Shown piece by piece: positions 26,717-32,000 of a DNA stretch of 32,000 bases. Origin of the DNA: an uncultured Pseudobdellovibrionaceae bacterium (lineage in GTDB: Bacteria; Bdellovibrionota; FAC87; UBA2466). The position numbers and the translations under genes were made by a program. Positions within the stretch are counted from its first letter, which is position 1, and the number at the start of each line of letters is the position of its first letter. The notes beneath the pieces were generated by a model, which worked only from the letters and a program-made list of their open reading frames with translations, had not been told where the DNA came from and ran no database searches. The stretch is taken from assembly GCA_964396165.1 (NCBI GenBank), contig CAYNEF010000009.1:52354-84353 (forward strand), read 5' to 3'.

Positions 26717-28018
26717 ATGTCTCTTGAAAACTTTATAAATAAAATAGAGGCCGAAAGTTTCAGCCAATATTACGGTAGAGTACAGAGAGTACGGCATGAT
26801 TCCGTTCGCTTTTTTCTTCCCAATGTACGCGTGGGTGCGCTTTGTGAAGTAGAAACAAAAGAAGGACGCATTCCTGTAGAGATAGTCAGCCTCGATCCCG
26901 AGGGACACGTAGGGATGCCTTTAAACGAACTGGGAAGTGTGCGCTTGGGCGATAGAATCTATCTGACGGAAGAACAATCGGTCATCAATGTCGGTGACGA
27001 TCTTCTCGGCCGCGTAGTGGATTCCACCTGTAATTCGTACGATGGGGCAAAGTTGGTTTTAAAAGAACAGATTCCCCTCTATGGAAGCATGTTAAACCCC
27101 ATGGATCGTGCACTTATCCATGAACCCTTGGATGTAGGAGTACGCGCCGTGAACGCTTGTCTCACTACGGGTAAAGGACAACGACAGGGTGTGTTTGCAG
27201 GATCTGGTGTCGGAAAAAGCGTGCTGCTAGGAATGATGGCGCGCATGACAGAAGCCGATGTTGTAGTAATCGGATTAATTGGTGAGCGTGGCAGAGAAGT
27301 AAGAGAATTTATTGCGAAGGAACTCGGCGAAGCAGGACTTAAGAAAAGTGTTTTAGTAGTGGAGACTGCAGATAAGTCCGCAGTACGAAGAGTACGAGGT
27401 GCTTTTACTGCCACTGCGATTGCAGAATATTTTAGAAACAAAAAGAAAAACGTACTTTTGTTGATGGATTCCTTAACCCGTTTCGCAATGGCGCAAAGAG
27501 AAATTGGTATTGCCGCTGGAGAGCCGCCCACCACTAAAGGGTACACTCCTTCGGTATTTAGTCTTTTGTCAAAACTGGTAGAGCGCGCTGGAAATTGGGG
27601 AGAAAACGGTTCCATCACGGGTTTATATACCGTACTTGTTGAAGGGGATGATTTGGAAGATCCAGTAGCAGATGCCGCGCGTGCAATTTTAGACGGTCAC
27701 ATAGTACTCGCTCGCCGGTTAGCGAATCGTGGACATTATCCAGCGATAGATATTTTAACGAGCATTAGCCGTGTGATGGATCAGGTAATTTCCAAAGAGC
27801 ATAGAATTCAGGCACGAAAAATTAAAGAATTATCGGCGCGTTTTCAAGAAAATGAGGATGCTATCCATTATGGGATGTACCAACGAGGTACCGATCCTAT
27901 GATCGATGAGGCGATCGAAAAAGAACAAAAAATTATAAAACTTTTAAGACAAGGCAGAGATGATACTGCGAATTTCATGGATTCAGAAAATTCTCTCGCA
28001 GAAGTCTTTGGTAATTAA
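26717..28018 (+). CDS. fliI: Flagellum-specific ATP synthase FliI
   Basis: GKGQRQGVFAGSGVGKSVLLGMMARMTEADVVVIGLIGERGREVREF, LLMDSLTRFAMAQREIGIAAGEPPTTKGYTPSVFSLL and DILTSISRVM. Confidence 0.97.
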   Translation: MSLENFINKIEAESFSQYYGRVQRVRHDSVRFFLPNVRVGALCEVETKEGRIPVEIVSLDPEGHVGMPLNELGSVRLGDRIYLTEEQSVINVGDDLLGRVVDSTCNSYDGAKLVLKEQIPLYGSMLNPMDRALIHEPLDVGVRAVNACLTTGKGQRQGVFAGSGVGKSVLLGMMARMTEADVVVIGLIGERGREVREFIAKELGEAGLKKSVLVVETADKSAVRRVRGAFTATAIAEYFRNKKKNVLLLMDSLTRFAMAQREIGIAAGEPPTTKGYTPSVFSLLSKLVERAGNWGENGSITGLYTVLVEGDDLEDPVADAARAILDGHIVLARRLANRGHYPAIDILTSISRVMDQVISKEHRIQARKIKELSARFQENEDAIHYGMYQRGTDPMIDEAIEKEQKIIKLLRQGRDDTANFMDSENSLAEVFGN

Positions 28019-28452
28019 TGAAATTTCAGTTCCGTCTGGAAAAAATGCTTCACTTCGTGCAGATGCGCGAAGACATGAAGAAAGCGGAAATAGCGCATCT
28101 ACAAAGTGACTTGAAGATCTTAAGTGAGAGAAAGTTGAAGCTATCAAATGATGCAAGAGACTTACTGGATAAACAATACCAGACTCTCGAGTTAGGTGTT
28201 CAGTCCTTGCATTACTCGACACAGAAAGTTCTTTTAAATATCAGGGAGTCCGAGCGTATCGATGGATTGATTATCAACGCCAAGGAACGGCTGGAATTCA
28301 GAATAAACGAATTGCAGAATCTGATGCGTAGAAGAACCGGGCTTGAGAAGCTGAAAGAAAAAAGATTCGCAGAATTTAAACTGGTCAAAAATCGCAAAGA
28401 GCAGCACGCGATGGATGAACTGTACACATTATCAAAAGGAAAAAGAACATGA
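28018..28452 (+). CDS. fliJ: Flagellar FliJ-like chaperone
   Basis: MKFQFRLEKMLHFVQMREDMKKAEIAHLQSDLKIL... is a 144-aa coiled coil immediately after fliI. Confidence 0.85.
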   Translation: MKFQFRLEKMLHFVQMREDMKKAEIAHLQSDLKILSERKLKLSNDARDLLDKQYQTLELGVQSLHYSTQKVLLNIRESERIDGLIINAKERLEFRINELQNLMRRRTGLEKLKEKRFAEFKLVKNRKEQHAMDELYTLSKGKRT

Positions 28453-29081
28453 GATGGCACTATTGGGTTTCTGGATTGTTCTTGGGATTAACCATACTTG
28501 TGGTCGTATGGCTTTGTGTTGAGATGAATATCCTCGGCGCTACTAATGTTATTGCAGCCGATGGCGCACCTCCTGCCCAAGAAGCTGAGCAAGCGAACGA
28601 ATACAGCGCACGAGAACAGATTATCCAGCAAAAAGAACGCGGGCTTCAGGATCGAGAAGGCGTATTAAAAGAACACGCAGGCCAATATGAGAAATCGCTG
28701 GCTGAGCTGAATAGAAAATTTAAAGCCCAAGAGCAAACCAATAAACAAAAGCTGGATGCAAAAGAAGCTGAATACAAACAAAAACTCGTCACAAAAGACG
28801 AAGAAATAAAAAAACTTAAAAATGAATTGGCAAAAGTGAAAGACGCAAGAGCCGAATCTTTTAAAGCTATGTATGAGAAAATGGATTCTAAAAAAGCCGC
28901 AAAAGTACTTGAAGAAATGGATGTGAATCTTGCCAATCAAATTCTTACCGGAATGAAGCAGGATAAAGCCGCTGAAATTATGAGCAAGATGAGCACGGCA
29001 ACTGCAAAAGCCATCACTGAAAAAACTTTAGCTAAACGACAAGTAGCTTCTAAGGATTCTTCTAAAGAAGAAGGTCAATGA
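28449..29081 (+). CDS. MotE/MgtE-N-like flagellar protein
   Basis: N-terminal TM, long coiled coil, then YEKMDSKKAAKVLEEMDVNLANQILTGMKQDKAAEIMSKMSTATAKAITEK, the MgtE-N/MotE pattern, in the fliJ-fliK interval. Confidence 0.8.
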   Translation: MRWHYWVSGLFLGLTILVVVWLCVEMNILGATNVIAADGAPPAQEAEQANEYSAREQIIQQKERGLQDREGVLKEHAGQYEKSLAELNRKFKAQEQTNKQKLDAKEAEYKQKLVTKDEEIKKLKNELAKVKDARAESFKAMYEKMDSKKAAKVLEEMDVNLANQILTGMKQDKAAEIMSKMSTATAKAITEKTLAKRQVASKDSSKEEGQ

Positions 29082-29114
29082 AGTAAGAAGTGCAAATGAA
29101 GTAAACGAAAGGGG

Positions 29115-30422
29115 GTGAAATATGAAATGGTTAATCCTACAGCTATAAACACGCGTGCAATACAGCATTCGTCCATGCAAGGGATGTTGGGCAATGACGT
29201 TAACGCACCTGGGACAGGAGAAGGAGATTTTGATTTCCTTAACTACCTCTTGGGCCTCCAGGTCGCCCCAACGGATGTGGCCACTGATCTAAATGTCTTG
29301 TCTCTCAAATCGGGTGAACAAACCCAAACTCAGGATGAACCTGTTTTGTCTTTATTTGACAAAAAAGGTTCGGAACTCGTCAATCCAATGATTGTCGGGA
29401 CTCCGCAAATCACTGAAAACAAGACGGCAAAACCCATTGTAGTTCCAGGCAGTGAAATACTGACTGAGACTAAAACCGGGGATGTGAAAGAGGACCGCAG
29501 CACAGAAAAGACAACCTCTCTGTATGACTTTGAAAAAAGAATGTTGTTGGAGTCGAATGTTAAAACTTCCGAGCAACCTGAAGTTAAGGTAACTGAAGGG
29601 CCGAAACAGCAAAACGTTGAAGCTAGTACTGGTGACAAAAAAGACATCAATGCTGGTTACGACAAAGTGCAAAAAGCCGCTTTAGAAAATGCGAAGCAGT
29701 TGAAACAAGATTCCAATGCTACGACAAAATCCCAAGTGGATTTGTCGGATAACAAACAAAATATATCCAATGTGATTCACAATACTGCTTTCACAAAGGA
29801 AACGGTGGAATCCACTGGAACAGAAAAGAAACGCTCCAAGGATGATGAGATGGATATGTTCTCAGCGTCGATGGACGGTTCTGCACCTGTGCCCCAGGGG
29901 ATCCAAGCAGATTTAGGCGTAGATAAGCACAAGCCAACGCAAAAACCAGCGAGCGTACCTGAGATGTTTTCGAAGGTAGAATCGATGGTGCACAATGGCG
30001 GCGGTAAGATGACAATCACTTTGAATCCCCCTTCATTGGGTCATGTCGAAGTGCAAGTTACAACCAAAGGCAAGAACGTGGAGATTCAAATGAAGTCTTC
30101 CAATGATTTTGCCAAAGCTGCAATTGAAAGCCACGTGGCTGAGCTTAAATCGTCGATGCAATCTCAGGATTTAGTGCTGCAAAAACTGGATGTTCACGTG
30201 AATCATGATTTAGGAAGAAACTTTTCTGGTGCTGAGTTTTCTCAGAGCCAGCAAGGCGGAAATCCTTATCAACAGAATCAATCTGGATTCAGAGAATTCC
30301 AGGGCGGCGCAAGATCTTCATTCGGAAATTCCAATCACTCCCAAACTGTAGCCCCAGTTTCTCCTCGTCAAGAGTGGAAATCGGCAAGCATCGGAACGGG
30401 TAGAGTGGATATCCGAGTTTAA
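29115..30422 (+). CDS. fliK: Flagellar hook-length control protein FliK
   Basis: Low-complexity Thr/Lys/Glu-rich N terminus, with a C-terminal Flg_hook domain [67 protein letters not shown]. Confidence 0.9.
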   Translation: MKYEMVNPTAINTRAIQHSSMQGMLGNDVNAPGTGEGDFDFLNYLLGLQVAPTDVATDLNVLSLKSGEQTQTQDEPVLSLFDKKGSELVNPMIVGTPQITENKTAKPIVVPGSEILTETKTGDVKEDRSTEKTTSLYDFEKRMLLESNVKTSEQPEVKVTEGPKQQNVEASTGDKKDINAGYDKVQKAALENAKQLKQDSNATTKSQVDLSDNKQNISNVIHNTAFTKETVESTGTEKKRSKDDEMDMFSASMDGSAPVPQGIQADLGVDKHKPTQKPASVPEMFSKVESMVHNGGGKMTITLNPPSLGHVEVQVTTKGKNVEIQMKSSNDFAKAAIESHVAELKSSMQSQDLVLQKLDVHVNHDLGRNFSGAEFSQSQQGGNPYQQNQSGFREFQGGARSSFGNSNHSQTVAPVSPRQEWKSASIGTGRVDIRV

Positions 30423-30436
30423 ATAAAGGTGAAGCC

Positions 30437-31363
30437 ATGAAAGAAATCTCAGCAACGGTACCTCAACATCTGATGTTGGATGATAAGGCACCGCCAACGA
30501 AAGCAAAAAACAGTCTCGGCAAGGACGATTTTATGAAATTGCTGATGACTCAGCTCACTCACCAGGATCCTATGAAGCCGATGGATCACGAGCAATTTTC
30601 TGCTCAGTTAGCTCAATTTGGTTCTTTAGAGCAGCTGCAGAACATTGGAAAAGGGATCGAAGGCCTGAAGGGCGGGATCGGGGACGGAGCAAAACTTTCG
30701 GCGCTTACCTTGATTGGAAAAAAAGTCCAGACTATAGGGAATGAGGTTCAGCTTGTCGAAGGACAATCGGTTTCCTTAAAATATCAACCCAAAGATGGAC
30801 TCACACCAATCAAAGCATCAGTCTACGGCGAAAATGGAAGTAAACTCGTTCGAGAAATTTCCATCGACGCTCGTAAGGAGGGTGCTGAGATAGTATGGGA
30901 TGGCAAAGACACTGAAGGAAAAACATTACCAGCCGGTAACTACACGTTCAGAGTGCAAGGTACTGACAAGCAGGGACAGTCCGCAGAAATGGGAACTGAG
31001 CTCTCTGGACGTGTTACCGGTGTGGATATGGAAGGGGCAGATACCGTTCTTCTCGTTCAAACACCTAGTGGTTCGACAAGGGTAGACATGGCAAAAATAA
31101 GAAATGTAAGCGTGGATGACACGTCATCCGTGCCTGCAGCCGTACCCGCGACCGTTCCAAAAGTTGCAGCAAACGAAAAGAGTGATAAACTAAAAGTACC
31201 CATCCAGAAATCTATTCCTTCAGCAGTGGAAGAAAACGCAGAAGTTGTTGGAGCTAAGGAAGTTGAAGAAACCGGTGATGAGCCGGATCCTTTCAGCGAA
31301 CGTAGTGCAAGTAGAACATGGAATGGTGTACCGTCCCACTTTCTATCTAGATTAGGAGATTGA
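30437..31363 (+). CDS. flgD: Flagellar hook-assembly scaffold FlgD
   Basis: [44 protein letters not shown]; the FlgD Ig/tudor region is [23 protein letters not shown]. Confidence 0.95.
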   Translation: MKEISATVPQHLMLDDKAPPTKAKNSLGKDDFMKLLMTQLTHQDPMKPMDHEQFSAQLAQFGSLEQLQNIGKGIEGLKGGIGDGAKLSALTLIGKKVQTIGNEVQLVEGQSVSLKYQPKDGLTPIKASVYGENGSKLVREISIDARKEGAEIVWDGKDTEGKTLPAGNYTFRVQGTDKQGQSAEMGTELSGRVTGVDMEGADTVLLVQTPSGSTRVDMAKIRNVSVDDTSSVPAAVPATVPKVAANEKSDKLKVPIQKSIPSAVEENAEVVGAKEVEETGDEPDPFSERSASRTWNGVPSHFLSRLGD

Positions 31364-31764
31364 ATCTTTTGAGTATCTCGGAAATATACAGAGGCATAGT
31401 AACAGTACCGGGTGTAGATCCGGCGCTGCCTACTGGTCAAAATGGAATTTCCAAGCCCGAAAAACAAAACGGGTCGTCGGAGTTCCACGAGATACTACAA
31501 AAAGAGTCGAGAGCTCTTAATTTATCACAACACGCTGAAACGAGAATCAAGTCGCGAGAAATTCCGTGGAATGATGCTCTAGAACAGAGAATCAGTAACG
31601 GAATCGATCAGGCAAACAGTAAGGGAAGTCGCGAAACGCTGATTATCGCCGATAATGTCGCGGTAATTGCCAACGTGAAGTCCCGTACAATTGTCACAGC
31701 GATGGATAAGTCTCAACTGAAAGAGCGCGTTTTCACCAATATCGACAGTGCAGTTCTAGTGTAA
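31360..31764 (+). CDS. Flagellar operon protein (TIGR02530-like)
   Basis: 134 aa between flgD and flgE: [75 protein letters not shown]. Confidence 0.85.
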   Translation: MNLLSISEIYRGIVTVPGVDPALPTGQNGISKPEKQNGSSEFHEILQKESRALNLSQHAETRIKSREIPWNDALEQRISNGIDQANSKGSRETLIIADNVAVIANVKSRTIVTAMDKSQLKERVFTNIDSAVLV

Positions 31765-31907
31765 GTAAAAACAATTTGTAATTACTAGTTTGATCTGAAG
31801 CTGACACTTCAGATTACGTCAATTAACCCCAAAGCTGGCCCGTGGAAAACGGAGGCTTTGGTTTTCAGGACTTTATTTCGCGTAGAGTCCGAACCAAGGA
31901 GAAAAAC

Positions 31908-32000
31908 ATGGGTGTAGTCTCGTCAATGGCAACGTCTATTTCTGGCCTGGAAACAAACGGCCAGGCATTAGCCGTAATCTCAGATAACATCGTAAACGCA
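31908..32000 (+). CDS. flgE: Flagellar hook protein FlgE, 5' end only
   Basis: The ATG at 31908 is preceded by AAGGAG. The translation MGVVSSMATSISGLETNGQALAVISDNIVNA is a rod/hook-family N terminus running off the window, after flgD. Confidence 0.85.
   Translation, partial: MGVVSSMATSISGLETNGQALAVISDNIVNA

Noticed and set aside
1-32000. CRISPR arrays, rRNA/tRNA genes, transposase or phage genes
   Set aside because: I looked for regularly spaced repeats, conserved RNA gene signatures and transposase/integrase motifs in the ORF track and found none.

Overview
This window looks mostly chromosomal, from a Gram-negative, flagellated bacterium. From left to right it contains:
- carB (3' part) and greA.
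- A minus-strand secreted coiled-coil protein and a small c-type-cytochrome-like lipoprotein.
- recG, an SDR oxidoreductase, a BPL_N/GATase1-like secreted protein and an SDF-family symporter.
- An outer-membrane porin-like protein with a clear intrinsic terminator.
- A GAF + HD-GYP protein and an NtrC-type sigma54 activator with a degenerate receiver.
- A minus-strand MlaE-MlaF-MlaD lipid-transport operon preceded by a lipoprotein.
- A large secreted TPR-like protein and a receiver-less sigma54 activator.
- A long flagellar operon: flgB-flgC-fliE-fliF-fliG-fliH-fliI-fliJ-MotE-like-fliK-flgD-TIGR02530-like-flgE(start), with a near-consensus sigma54 promoter just upstream of flgB.

The most unusual content is in the intergenic DNA.

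Family 1 comprises two 74-bp elements in opposite orientation bracketing the HD-GYP gene (11195-11268 and 13360-13433), plus a larger 178-bp relative (13546-13723). The two 74-mers share the fold ACGGGT/ACCCGT stem, GG/ACAGG internal loop, 17-bp stem and identical 21-nt apical loop. Their 17-bp stems differ at 11 of 17 pairs, yet all 17 remain paired, including 7 double compensatory changes. The larger relative keeps the GG/ACAGG internal loop.

Family 2 comprises two long hairpins, each with 35-bp arms (6566-6657, overlapping the recG stop, and 23102-23192, between fliE and fliF). Their stems are unrelated, but their 21-22 nt apical loops are related in opposite orientation. Neither has a poly-T tract.

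The stem-variable, loop-conserved pattern suggests undescribed structured RNAs or ssDNA-folded mobile or regulatory elements. Everything here comes from reading by eye; no search or folding was run.
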